Positions 1 to 14,900 of a DNA stretch of 64,000 nt are shown piece after piece. Origin of the DNA: an uncultured virus (IMG/VR IMGVR_UViG_3300035505_000652) (lineage: Duplodnaviria; Heunggongvirae; Uroviricota; Caudoviricetes). The position numbers and the translations under genes were made by a program. Every line of letters begins with the position of its first letter. The first letter of the stretch is position 1. The notes under the pieces were generated by a model. It saw only the letters and a list, made by a program, of their open reading frames with translations. It was not told the origin of the DNA and made no database searches. The stretch is taken from IMG/VR virus record IMGVR_UViG_3300035505_000652. One strand, given 5' to 3'.

Positions 1-3000
1 ATACCTTGGTTGTATATCCTACAAGATAATTTACATCATTGTTCCTGTAATGGGTTGGCAATTCATCAAATACATAGTATCCATTATTGTCTGTCAAAGT
101 TGTTTGAACTTCATCCATGAGTATCCACTCATTTCCAGACAAGTAATACTTGTTCAATGTGATTTCAACATTTGCAATACCAAGTTCGCCTGAATCCTGC
201 AAACCATTGTAATCCTTGTCATCCCAAATAGTACCGCTTATTAAGCCAGTCATGTATTGTACCAAGCCTCCATCATAGCCATCCTTGTCAACACCCTTGA
301 CAACGTTGTAAGAAACGCCATCATATGTGAAGTCATATGGATTTGTTATGATTACATCAGAACCGTTTTCTGCCTTGGCTTTCGCCCTTGCATATGTGGA
401 AGCCTTTGAAGCAGTATCTTCTTCATTGGTTTCCTTTGCCATGATGATATACTCATCATCAGCGACAAGATACATATCCTTTAAGGAATCTTCATAAACC
501 ATATCGCTATTGTTTACATTTGCATCCTCAACCCTGTATCTTGTAACAGTGTAGATGTCTTCAATCTCATCAACCCTTACCTTGTAAGAAGCCAAGTTGA
601 TTGTTCCATCTTCATCCATGATGTATGTTGGAGGATTGATGAACTCCCAATATCCATCAGCATCTGTAGCAGTGTGTGCAAATTCATCATTTACAAGCAC
701 GAACTCATCATCAACTAGTACATATTGTGAAAGGGTTATTCCGATATTCTCCATGTATTTATTGTCATTCATAAGACCATCATAGTCTTCATCAAGCCAA
801 ACAATACCGCTGAGAATGTATTGGTTCTCCAAATTTGTATCAAATTTGAGTACACCGCCATCATAACCATTCTTATCAACACCCTTGACTACATCGTAGG
901 TTTCGCCTTCATAGACAAATTCATAAGGATTATAATTTGTTGAAATGTTGTCAGACACGTTCTTCGCCATGATGATGAACTCATCATCAGCTACAAGGTA
1001 CATATCCTTCAAAGCCTTGTTATAAATCAAATCACTGTCTGCATATTCCATTGTTGTTACAAGGTAGTTATCCAAGTAACCCTTGCTTGTTTCCAAGTTA
1101 ACCCTGTATTTTGTAACAGCATATGCCTTGTCTATTTCATCAACCCTTACCTTGTAAGATGCAAGACTTACTGTTCCATCCTCATCCATAATGTAGGTTG
1201 GAGGATTTACGAACTCCCAATATCCATCAGCATCTGTAGTAGTGTGTGCAAATTCATCATTTACAAGCACGAACTCCCCATCAACCAATACATATTGTTC
1301 AAGCGTGATGCCTATATCTTCCATGCATCCATCTTCATTCATAAGACCGTCATAATCCTCATCATACCAGATTATTCCACTAAGGATGTATTTGTCTGCA
1401 TCTCTGTCGGACTTGCTTGCGAATTTAAGCACGCCTCCGTCATAGCCATTCTTATCCACGCCTTTTACAATGTCATATACATTGTCATTGTAATAGAATG
1501 TATATTGCTCATTGTAGTAAGCCTTTTGTTCTGTCACATCATCTGCCATAATGATATACTCATCATTTTCAACAAGATACATATCTTTTAATGACTTGTT
1601 GTAAATCAAATCACTATTGGCAAAAGCTTCGCTCTCTACATGGTATTTTGTAACAGCATATGAATTATCTATTTCATCAACCCTAACCTTGTAAGATGCA
1701 AGGCAGTATGTATTGCCATCCATGATATAGGTTGGAGGGTTCAAGAAGCTCCAATATCCATCGGCATCTGTAGTAGTGTGTGCAAATTCATCATTTACAA
1801 GCACGAACTCACCATCAACCAATATATATTGTTCAAGCGTGATGCCTATATTTTCCATATACTCATCATCATTCAATAATCCATCATAATTTTGGTCATA
1901 CCAGATTATTCCGCTTAATGTATACCAATCATCTTCATTGCTTGAATTTGTTGAGAAGTATAACATACCTCCATCAAATCCATCAAGGTTTGTTCCCTTT
2001 ACAATATTGAAGATGCTGTTTCCATATACAAATTCATAAGGGTTTCCATCATGAGGGGCAGCGGTTACATCCCTTGCTGGGATTATAAACTCATCATCCT
2101 CAACCAAGTATAAGCTTTCAAATGTGTCATTGTAAATCAAATCGCTATCATTGATAAGTGATTTAATCCTTGAATTTGAATTTACCCTATACTTTGTAAC
2201 AGCCATTTCCTTGTCAACCTCGTCAACCTTTACCATGTAAGAAGCAAGGTACATTGTTCCATCCTCATCCATGATATATGTTGTTGGGTTAACGAACTCC
2301 CAATATCCATCAGCGTTTGTAGCAGTGTGTGCAAATTCATCATTTACAAGCACGAACTCTCCGTCAACCAATACATATTGTTCAAGCGTGATGCCTACAT
2401 TTTCAAAATACTCGTCATCATTCATTAATCCGTCATAATCAACATCATTCCAAACGATACCGCTTATAATGTACATGTCTCCATCTTCTGGGGTTTCATT
2501 ATAAGTATCAAACCTTACAACTCCACCATCATAGCCGTTCATGTCATTTCCCTTAATTATATTGTATATTTTGCCTTCATAAGCAAATTCGTATTGTGTT
2601 TCATTATAAGATGCCTCAACAGCATTTATAATGTACTCATCATCTGCAACAAGGTACATATCCTTCAATGACTTGTTATAAACCAAATCGCTGTCTGCAT
2701 ATTCATCACTTGCCACATGGTATTTTGTAACGGCATACTTGCTGTCGATTTCATCAACCCTAGCCTTGTATGCAGCCAATGAATAACTTCCATCTTCATT
2801 TACAAGGTATGTTGTTGGATTTACAAACTCCCAATATCCATCAGCGTTTGTTGCAGTCTTTGCAAACTCGTCATTTACAAGGACAAATTCACCATCAACC
2901 AATACATATTGTTCAAGCGTAATTCCAATACCTTCCATGTATCTGTCATCATTCATCAAACCGTCATAGTCTGCATCATACCAGATAGAACCGCTTATTA

Positions 3001-6000
3001 CATATCTATCGTCATCTCTGTCGGAGTTTGAAGCGAACTTCAAGATGCCTCCATCATAACCATCCCTGTCAACACCCCTTACAATGTCATACAATGTTTC
3101 ATCATATTTGAATGTATAAGGTGCATTTTCAATAGTTGAAACTTCTTTAGCCATTACAATGTACTCATCGCTTGTAACAAGATACATATCCTTCAATGAC
3201 TTGTTATAAACCAAATCACTATTTGAATACTTGCTTGAAATTACCTTGTATTTTGTAACAGCGAAATCTTGTGGTATTTCAACCACCCTTACCTTGTAAG
3301 ATGTGAGGTAATAACCGTTTTCATCATAGATATAAGTTGAAGGGTTTTCAAATTCCCAATATCCATCAGCGTCTGTAGTCGTCTGGGCTATTGCATTGTC
3401 TGCAAGCACAAACTCCCCATCAACTAATTTATATTGTTCAAGCACGATATGGATGCCGTCAATGTATGAATTATCATTCATTAATCCATCATAATCAAAA
3501 TCATGCCAAATCACGCCACTAAGCTTGTAAGTTTCCTTGCCGCTTGGGTCTTCATCTGTTGATATGAACTTTAAGATACCTCCATCATAACCAGCCTTTG
3601 CATCTCCCTTGATGACATCATATGATTGTCCTTCATAAGAGAATGTATAAGGAGTGTTTACAATATCAGTTGCAGCCTTTGCCGCAATGATGTACTCATC
3701 ATCCTCGACAAGGTACATATCAACCAAGTCTTTATTGAATATCAAATCGCTGTTTGCATATTCATTGCTTGGCATACGGTACTTTGTAACTGCATAAGCC
3801 TTATCAACTTCGTCAACCCTTACCTTGTAAAATGCAAGGTGTATTGTACCATCCTCATCCTTTAAGAATGTTTCAGGTCTTGCAAATGACCAATATCCAT
3901 TGTTGTCTGTTGTTGTGGTTGCAAATTCACCATTTACAAGCACGAACTTTCCATCAACCAATTCATATTGTTCAAGTGTTATTCCAACACCTTCCATGCC
4001 GTAAGAAGCCAAATCCTCATCCATCAAGCCGTCATAATCTGCATCATACCAAACCATGCCTGTGATGTAATATGAATCGTCATATTCTGGGTCTTCTGGG
4101 ATGCCGTTTTCATTTAATGAAGCAGGCTTCAAAATGCCTCCATTAAAATCAACCTTTGAAGAACTTGAAATGATGTCATACTCAACGCCTTCATATGTGA
4201 ATACATAGTTAGGATTGCTGTCTTCATCTTTTGTACTTGCAATAATGATGTATTCATCATCAGCCACAAGGTACATATCTTCAAGCTCTTTATTGTATAT
4301 CAAGCCGCTGTTTGCATATTCATTGCTTTCAACTTTGTATTTTGTAACCTCATAACCTTCAGGGATTTCATCAACCCTTACCTTGTATGATACAAGATAG
4401 TAGTCATCTCCATCCTTGATGTATGTTGGAAGGTTTTCAAATTCCCAGACACCGCTTGCATTTGTAAAAGTTTTCGCATACTCGCTGTTAACAAGCACAA
4501 ATTCTCCATCAACAAGCTTGTATTGTTCAAGGGTGATGTTTATATCCTTCATGAATGCATCCTCATCCATCAAGCCGTTATAGTTGTAATCGTTCCAAAT
4601 CGTACCGCTAATCTTATAGCCTCCATTTGGATTTGAATTGTCAACTATCGTGCTGAACTCAACAAGTCCGCCATCATATCCAGTCTTCACTTCATCCTTT
4701 ATTACATCATAGCTTACTCCCTCATATGTGAATATATAGTTAGCATTGCTATTAGTGTCTGCTTTTCCAGCAACGATTATATACTCATTGTCCTCAACAA
4801 GGTACATATCCTTCAATGACTTGTTGTATACCAAATCACTGTTTGCATATTTGCTTGAAATTACCTTGTATTTTGTAACAGCGAAATCTTGTGGTATTTC
4901 AACCACCCTTACCTTGTAAGATGTGAGGTATAACGTACCATCATCCTCCAAGATGTAGGTTGGAACGCTTGTAAATTCATAATGACCGCTTATATCAGTC
5001 TTTGTATTTGCAAAGTTCTTGTTTACAATTTCAAACTCGCCATCAACCATCTTGTATTGTTCAAGGATTATGCTTATATTTTCAAAATATGAAGTTTCAT
5101 CCATTAAACCATTGTAATCCTTGTCATTCCAAATCGTGCCTGTAATGGCATTGCAATCATCATAACTATAGTTTACAACACCGGCATCATAGCCAAGCTT
5201 GCTTATTGTCTTAATGATGTCATAATCAACATCCTTGTATGTGAATGTATATGCCGCTTCGCTGTTATAATCAACAACATCTGCCACGATTATATATTCA
5301 TCATCCATTACAAGGTACATATCCTTCAATGCCTTGTTATATACCATGTCATTGTTCCTGTATAAGTCGCTTTGGATATGGTATTTTGTAACAGCATATT
5401 TATTGTCTATCTCGTCAACCCTTACCTTGTAAGATGTAAGGTATAATGTACCGTCCTCATCTAAGATGTAGGTTGGAGGCTCCATGAATTTAAACACTCC
5501 ATTTGCATTTGTTGAAGTATGCGTATACTCGTCATCAACAAGTACGAACTTTCCATCAACAAGCTTATATTGTTCAAGGGTTATGCCGATATTTGAAATA
5601 CCAGTATTCTCCTCATTCATTAAGCCGTCATAATTGCTGTCATACCAAACCTTGCCCTTGATTGCATATGTATCACTTGATACCTTGTCATCATCCCCGT
5701 CATTATCTTCAATGTCTGGGTTGATTACGCTTGAATATCTTACAATACCTGCATCATAACCAAGTTTGTTTATTGTCTTGATAATATCATAGTCAACATC
5801 TTCATATGTGAATGTATATGCTGCCTCGCTGTTACTATCAACAACATCTGCCACAATGATGTACTCATCATCTACAACCAAATACATATTGGTTAACAAC
5901 TTATTGTATATCATGTCATTGTTTGAATATGCCTCACTTGATACACGATATTTTGTAACTGTGTAAGGACTGCTTATCTTATCAACCCTTACCTTATAAG

Positions 6001-9000
6001 ATGCAAGATATAATGTACCGTCATCATCCTTGACGTATGTTGGAGGTTCAAGGAATGTGTATGTGCCGTTTGAAGCTGTTGTTGTATGAGCGTAATCCCC
6101 ATTAACAAGGATGAACTCGCCATCAACCAACTTATATTGTTCAAGTGTCACTCCTACTTTGCCAACCCCGTATGAAGACAAGTCTTCATCCATTAAGCCG
6201 TCATAGTTTATATCATTCCAAACCGTACCCTTAATTCCATAAGAATCTTCAGGGATTTCATCATCCTTAACGTCAGGATTTATTATGCTCGAATACTTGA
6301 CAACGCCGCCGTCAAAGCCATCATTTGACAAGCACTTGATAATATCATAATCGACATTATTGTAAGTGAATACATATTTTGTATTGCTGTCTTCATCCTT
6401 TACGTCTGCAACGATTATATATTCATTTTCAGCATTAAGGTCCATGTCAACCAAAGCCTTCTTATAAATCAAATCACTGTTGCTGTATTTTGATGAGACA
6501 ACCCTGTACTTGGTGGTTGTGAATTTGTCTGGTAATTCTACAACCCTTACCCTGTAAGATGCAAGGGAGTATTCGCCATCCTCCAATACATGTGTTAGAA
6601 CATCCTTGAAGGTGTATTGTCCTGTAACGCTTGTCTTTGCAGTCATGTAATTGCTGTTTACAAGTACAAATCCATCATCAACAAGCTTGTATTGTTCAAG
6701 AACTATGCTTATATTGGACATTCCATATGAAGATAAGTCTTCATCCATCAATCCATCATAATTCTTGTCATTCCAAATTATACCGCTTATATCATCATTG
6801 CCATTATTGTATGAACCAAACTTAATCAAACCAGCGTCATAATTGCTTATATCAATGCTCTCGATAATGTCATAAACATCATCATATCTTGTTTGGATAG
6901 AATATTCATCCTTTAATGCAGCGGTTACAATGTAGCCATCCAATTCATCACCCTTTGTAAGTTCAAGGGTATTCAATAATGCACTGTCATTTACCCCGTT
7001 GTTAAGAAGGTATTTTGTAATGGCCAAGCCATTAGTGCTGTCCATAAACAACTTGTATCCTGCAAGGTATTTTACTCCATCAACCTCAACAAATGTTGGA
7101 ACGCTTCCAAAACTATAAGTTCCATTTGAACCAGTCTTGATATTATATGAAGTGCTTGTAGCAATCCATTCATTTCCATCATAATAGTATTGCTTCAATG
7201 TTAATGGGATATTGTTCCAATAAAGGTTGTCATTGTTTAATCCATCATAATTGATATCATTGAATATCGTGCCGCTTACTGTTGATGTATGGTATTTCAA
7301 GATACCCACATCAAGTGCTGACTTTGTACAGCCCTTTGTAGCGTCATAAACCTTTCCATCATATTCAAATGTATAGATGTCATTTGAATTGTACTCATTG
7401 TCTATAGCCACTACATATTTGGTGTCTCCGTCTACAACTTTCAATCCATCAAGAACCAAATCACTATTAGTGCCGTCTGATGCCACCTGATACTTTGTAG
7501 CTGTATAGCCGCTTGGTAATGAGTTCACATCAATTGTGTATACTGCAAGGTAATTTGTTCCATCAATGGTAATGTATGTGTCAACATCCAAAGAATATTT
7601 TCCATTCTTGTCTGTCTTTGCTTGCAATGTCTTGTTGAATACAAGGTCTGTTCCATCATAGTAGTATTGGTTAATGTTGATTACAACATTTGCAACACCG
7701 CTTTCATTGGAATCCTTGATACCATTGTAGTTCACGTCATCCCAAACAACACCATTAAAGTTGCCTTTTACATATGAGGTTATTCCTGCATCATAAGATG
7801 TCTCATCCCTTGCCGTCAAGAGGTCATAATCCTCATTGTTATATTGTCTGATATATGACTTGCCATAAACATCATCAGTTGTCTCTGTTATAGTCACATA
7901 GTCTTCAGTCAAGTATAAAGTGTTCCTGTTCAAATCACTGTTTACCGTCGCATTTAATAATGGGACATGGTATTTTGTAGGAAGGTAGTTGCTTGGCAAT
8001 GTGTTGAGCTTAATCTTGTAACCTGCAAGATACCTTACATCGTCAACAATCACATATGTTGGAACGTTGCTGAATGTATAAACACCCTTGCTTGTATTTA
8101 CAACTTTATAGCTCTTGCTGCTTGCAACCCATTCACTTCCATTGAAGTAATATTGTTCAAGGGTGAATGCTGCTTCCTTGTAATTTGCATCATTCAAATT
8201 CAATAAACCGTCATAGTTTACATCATTGAATATATTTCCCTTAATTGTACTAAGTTCAAATGTCTTTAATGCTATAGTAATAGTCAAGTCATTATTTATT
8301 GTCGCAATATCATATTTATCAAGATAAATATTATTCTTGCTTGTTTCATCAGTCAACTCTGTGCTTGCTATCACTACATATCCATTGTCTGCTTGTGGAG
8401 AAATGATTTCCAATGCATAAGGGTCTGTGCCATCTTCATTCAACGTGAACTCGCCCATGTTATGTGTGAGGTCTTCGCTGTATTCATAGTAGCTTTCTCC
8501 CAATGTTGCTGGGATATTCTTCAATGAGAATTTATATCCAGTAAGCATCTTTTCCCCATCTATTGTTACAAATGTAGGGAGCGTAGTCAAGCTTATATTT
8601 CCCTTTGTGACAGTAAATGTAATATCCTTGTAGAATACCCATTCCCCATCAACATTGTAATATTGGTGTGCAACCAATGTCACGTTTTGGGTTATATTGC
8701 TTTCCTTCTCATAAATTCCATTATAATTCGTGTCATCAAAGATAACGCCCTTTATATTGGAATTTGTATAAGCTATAAGTCCAATATTGTATGCGTTTAC
8801 AGTTCCAATCGCTTGTGCGATATCATATGTAACGCCTTCAATTTCAAACTCACAAAGGTTTGTATCATTTCTTGTAGAAACCTCTGCAAGAATGATGTAT
8901 TCATCATCAAGAGTAAGTGAGAGATTGTCATATCTCAAATCATTGTCAACAACATCATCTTCCCCTACCTTGTATTTTGTTATTGCATATACATCGCTAT

Positions 9001-11975
9001 TGAATGAAACGACATTGACCTTGTAAGAAACAATAGTCTTAACATCATTAATATTGATGTATGTTGGAAGGTTGCTGAATGCATAAACGCCTTTTGAGTT
9101 TGTCGTGGTTGTATTGGAATATCCTTCAACCTCAACCCATGCCTTATTGGTTACATCCCAATAATACTGTACAAGTTCAACCTTAACTCCAGACACATAT
9201 GCCTTATCATCATTCAATCCATTGTAGTTGTTGTCCTTGAATGCCACGCCGGTGATTATACCCTTTGTAGCTTCCAACAATCCCGCATCATAGTCTGTAT
9301 AGTTCCTGCTTAACAATAAATCATAGCTTACCCCGTCAACAACCTCAACATATGGGATTGTTTCATCCTCTGTAGGACATGCTGGGATAACCACTTCATT
9401 CTCGGTCAAGGTTTCCTCTATGATTTCAAGTTTGCTTTGGTATTCATAGGCAACTCCATCCTGCTTATATTTTGTAATAATGTACTTGTCTGGAACTGTT
9501 GCAAAAACAGTATATCCCATAAGGTACTTGACACCATTAATTTCAATGTATGTAGGAAGGTTCCTGAACATATACTCGCCGACATTCAAGTAATAGCTGT
9601 TCAATGAAGTCAATGCAGGATTGAACAATATTGTATTGTAAATGTTGGTTTTGCTTGATACGCTTGTTGTAGTCGTATCAAATGTTACATATTCTTCTGG
9701 AAGCTCAACCCATTCCCCGTCAACATGGTAGTATGGAACCAATGTCAATTCAATTCCACCAATACCGACATTGTTTTGATGGCTTCCATCATAATCAACG
9801 TCATTGAATACCATGCCTGTAATAAATCCTGTTTGGATTGTCTTAATACCTGCATAGTGGGTGTCATCCTCGACCTCATCCTTAACTTTTAACGTGCTGT
9901 ATACGCTGTCTCCCCTGTAAATCAAGTGGAGGTCATAATCAAAGTCATCAAGGACTTCTTCTGACAAAGTGAAGAACTCATCTTCTTCAACCATGTATAA
10001 AGTTCCATCAAGTTCAAGGTTGCTGTCTATTACAATGTTGTCGCCTTGTTTGTACTTGGTTTCAACATATTTCTCATCAAGGCTTTCATCAAGCCTCAAC
10101 TTATAAGCATACATAAGGTTTGTTCCGTCAATTGTAACATGGTCTTCAAGGTCTGCAAAGGTATAAGTCCCGTCGCTTGTGGTTTCTTCAATGAAGCTTG
10201 TATCATATACCCATTCAGTAGAATATTCTTCTTTTTGAATATATCTTTCAAGCACCACTTTGATGCCTTCAATACCATCCCCATCAGCATAAAGTCCATC
10301 ATAATCATCATCAAGGAATACCTTGCCGGTCAATGTACTTAATTCGTCCTCGGTAAATCCTGCATAGATGTCATTAATTACAAGGACTTCATCAAGGTCA
10401 AATCCATAAAGGTCATGTCCCTTGATTGTGGTATCTGAAACTTTGCTTAATGGAATTATATATGTTTGGGTTTCATCCATGTATTCAACAGGCATAAGCA
10501 TGTCTGTCAATGAATTATAGTCGTTATTCTCATTCAATAAATCTCCACGATAGTATTTTGTTACCTCGCTTGTAGTTTTATTGATTGTAGGATAATCTTC
10601 CACATAAACCTGATAACCCAAGATATATGTTGTGTCATCATCAACCTCATAGGTTGTTGGAAGGCTCTTAAATGAGTAAGCTCCTGAATTGGTTGTTGTT
10701 ACTGTCTTGGTGTATTGAACGCCGTCAACCAAATATTCATGCCATTCGCTTCCATCATAATAGAAGCCTTTTAATGTTAATGTTACATCTGCTATACCAT
10801 ACTCGCTTGTAAGGTCATAGATGCCGTCATAGTTTGTGTCATCCCAAACAAGGTTTCCAATATACGCCCTTCCTTTGTGGATTAATCCAAGTCCAAAACT
10901 GTTATCCAATAAATATCCTTGGTTGTCATCATTTAACAAGATGTTTCCATTTGAATATCTTTGTTCCACGCTGAATGGTCTTGTAACATATCCATAAGAG
11001 GATTTAACAAGGTCATTATCATCTTCCCTTGCAAGAGGGTTTGTTTCATATGTGTAAGGAGTGACAATCAAGCCATCTTCTGGTTCGCACATAATCACAT
11101 ATTTGTAGTTTGGATTTAACCTGAATTGGAAGTATCCATTTTCATCTGTATAAGTAACAGCTTCAAATCCATCCTCATCTATTGCAATTGTGTCAATGTC
11201 ATCTGCATATCTTACAGTTATCCTTGTATTTGTAAGAGGGCTTTCTGTTGACTGTCTGATGCCGTCATCGCCAATGTAGACGATTTCACCATCTTCCATT
11301 GTCTCGGTCTCATCCAACCAAGCATAACCGCCGAATGTGTAAGGTCTTGCTACGCCTACATTGAAGGTTGCCATTTCATGGTTGTATTCAACTTCGTTTT
11401 CATATTCGCTTAATGCCTTTACTTCAATAACATCAGTTTCAACTATAAGCTGGTCTTTTGTTATCTTAGTTCCATTATACTCCCTAACCCTGTCAACTAC
11501 TTGGAAGCTGACACCGTTTTGTTCAAGGGTTGTAAGCGCATATTGAGACATATTATCAAGCGTGTATCTTATTGTGTATTTGCCAGGTTCAAGATTTGAG
11601 AACAAATAGTAACCAGCATTTCCATAATAGTCATAAGTTGTGTATGCCGTCATTGGAGCGAGGTTTGTGTATAAATGGTCGCCATAGTCATCATAGAGGT
11701 ATTCGCCTGTAACCTCGTCTATAAGGACATATTTGCCTTCTTCTTCAAGGTATGTACATGCTTCATGGTCCCTGTTAACCGGCTGTCCATATTCATTGAG
11801 CAATTCAACATATACATTATTGATACCAGGGTCATTAACCTCTCCATCAAAGTCTGTGTCGGTTGTCAATTCTGTCAAGATATATCTGCCATATTCATCT
11901 TCTTCATATGTAGCTTCATCTTCAATTGCATTTTGATTATAGTCATCCCATACATATGAGCCGATAAAGCCCTTG
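1..11975 (-). repeat. Tandem ~160-210 aa SdrD-B/CnaB-like domains (at least 23 units) inside the giant ORF
   Basis: Units begin with (S/T/K)GxxWxDxxYDGL-like motifs at about 11970, 11340, 10865, 10335, 9820, 9255, 8755, 8245, 7755, 7277, 6788, 6232, 5660, 5142, 4608, 4063, 3520, 2995, 2465, 1915, 1380, 812 and 240. They are followed by TTDADGYWEF-like and YDGG-like motifs. Confidence 0.85.
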
Positions 11976-14900
11976 TCAGACAATGCGGTTCCATAAGCTC
12001 CTGCTTTGTTGCTTTCTGCAGGCATACCAGAGGTTACAGATACGACATCTGTATTCCAAATTGTGTAATCCTTTGTCATTTCGATGATTTCAGTATCCTC
12101 GCCAACAGCCGTTCCATAATACAATGGAGTGTTGATTGGCATATGCATTGTGTATGATACCTCATACCTTGTCCTTGAAGATACCGTAGTGTCATAGAAC
12201 TCAACAAGGAACTCCCTTATGCCTCTATTTAGCACATACCATTCATATTCTGAATATGAATTTTTCATTGCCATTAATTTGTTCAATGGCACTAAATTGA
12301 TGTTTGCCAAATTTGCTTCTGACTTGTATAGCTTTCTATACCAAGCATTTGAACGTCTGTCTGTTATTGATGGGAATGTTGTATCAACTAATTGGTACTT
12401 TCCATTTACAAGCTTCAAAGGTCCAACATAGATTGTGTACTTGTTGCTTGCAACTGTTTCCGCACCAAGGCTTTCCTCATCATAATATACCACTTCAAAT
12501 GAATCAAGGTTTAAATATGGCGTCCACATTGAACCCCTGCTTCTTGCACTTCCACTTGTATCAACATTGTATATTTCAGTGTCGTCTGTATATGGAAGTA
12601 TATCATAAAGGATTGGGTTTATAAAGTCTCCATCTGTGTTTCCTGGATTTTGTACAGATACCATAAATTCAACATCTGTATTCTCTGGCATTGCTGCAGG
12701 CCTATTCTCTGTAAGACCTGAATCCAAGTCAGTCGAGGCTTTCTTTGTCTTTTGTAATACTGTATTTGCAATAAAGCTATATGACTTTCCTTGTCTTGTG
12801 ATTGTCATATCTGTCTTATTGCCGTCAAGGTTGATGTCACGTGTATCGATTTCCAATGCTATATCTGTACTTGAATACTCGCTCTTTGTGATGAATGGCA
12901 TAAAGCTTCCATCCTTGTATCCATAAGCTTTAAACGTCATAAGATATGCTGAAATCAATCCTATATCTTTAATGTTTAATGGAAGAGTAAATTCAACCAC
13001 GATAGTCTCATTTGGTTCAAGCCTTCCTTCAAAGTTCCAATTGATAATCTTCCTGTTGTAGCTTGAAAGGTCAACATTCTTATAATCAAACTCAACTTCA
13101 ACATCAAATCTTGAACTTGAATCCTCTACAACCTCGCCTGTATCTGTATTGATTATGTAATATGTCCAAACAGGGTCTTGGAAGTTCAATGTCTTCTTGC
13201 TTGTGTAGCTTGGGTCAAGGAAGCTTCCTTCATATTCTGTTTCATAATCAATATATTTAAAGTCTGCTTCATAAAGCTTTTCAAAGTAAGGAAGTGTTAC
13301 TGAAATCTCTGGATTTGAGCAATAATCTTCAAGATTATACTCACCATATTTTTCATATAGCTTTTCCTCTCCAATATTGGAGAACTCAACCTTGTATTTC
13401 AATACTTGGCTGTAATCTGGGTTTATTACCAAGTTGGAAGTCCACTCATAATGGGTTGATTCATCCTCTTCTGTAACCGAATCAAAGTAATTTGCCTCTA
13501 TATCCAATGAAATGTATGGAAGTTCTGGGTTTATATAGAAGCCAGCCCTGTCAATGGTTGAAATGGTCGCATATTTCGTGTCATCATATTTTGCCCATGC
13601 TTGTGCGAAATAATTGACATGTTTCTTGTATCCATTTTCATCAACCAATGCTGTCTGCATTTCAATGTATGGGGCGTTTTCCTTGACGCTGGAGCTTAAC
13701 TCATTGAGGTTCAACCTTTCTGGGTCAATATCATCCATTTCCTGTATGCCAAGGCTTGCCTTGATTGTAGCTTTTTCCTCACTTGTCAAAGTTGAAGCAT
13801 TTGCTATTTTAGCCAAATCATCCTTTGTCAATGTTGTGGAATTTAAGATATCCTCAATTGTATCCTCATCAACATATGTTTCCAATATGGTTGGTGTAGT
13901 CTTTCCATTTGCAAGTATCTTTTCAACTTCATCATATGTAAGGGTTGAGGTTGTATCATCATCCAAATCAACATAGAAGTCTGACTTGTATTCATCTATA
14001 TATTTCAAAGTTGAAATAATAGAATTTAATTTATTGGTTAAATATTCCTCTTCATCAATGTCATCAATTGCATCAACAGCCACCCTTAACGTATCCAAAA
14101 CGGGGTTTGTATATTGAACCCTTCCTGAACCGTCATCATTTTCATCATAGGCTTTGATTACATATTGAATTTGCATTATTGAAGATTTATATTCTTTTGG
14201 AACTGTTATGGTTTCATTTGCATCAAGTTTATAGCCGTCTTCATTTCCAATAAGCACCCATTTTTCAAGGTTGTAATTTGTAACATTTTCATAGTATGCA
14301 GAATATGTATCGTTTTCAACCTTTGCATAAATGTATACCCTGTAATTGTCAAGCAAATCCATGTACTCTTCATTTGAGAACTCCCATTTACCGGTCCTAA
14401 TTGAGGACATAATGGTTTGTACCTTGTAATCGCTTGAAGTTGCTTGCCTTGTTGCATAATATCTTGTTCCATAAGATGGAACTTGGATGTCTACAATAAA
14501 CGTATTGACATTTGTATTGTTATTTACTTGGTCAAGGTATAATTTCATCTTTGTAACACCTTTGATGTAAACGTCATCAGTCAATTCCCTGCCTGAATCC
14601 AAGTTATTCAATACAATTCTTGCAGAACCCGTATCAATACGGACATTTGCACTTGGCTTGTCGATATTGATTGTAGGTGAAACATCATAAGAATAAGTAT
14701 CTGATGTTCCATTATTGTTGTAATCAACATTGTTGTTTAAGTTGTCGATTATAGAGTTATAGTAATAGAATGTATAATTTCTTCCTGCAGCCAAAGGCTC
14801 ATCATTTAAATGCAAGGTAAGATAATCAATAGCCTTAAATCCACTCCAATATCCATCCCCAATATTAAATGTTGTTTCTTCTGGAAGGTTGTCAATTCTT

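Noticed and set aside
1..11975. Diversity-generating retroelement acting on the giant gene
   Set aside because: No reverse transcriptase in the window and no template/variable pair with adenine-specific differences was seen.
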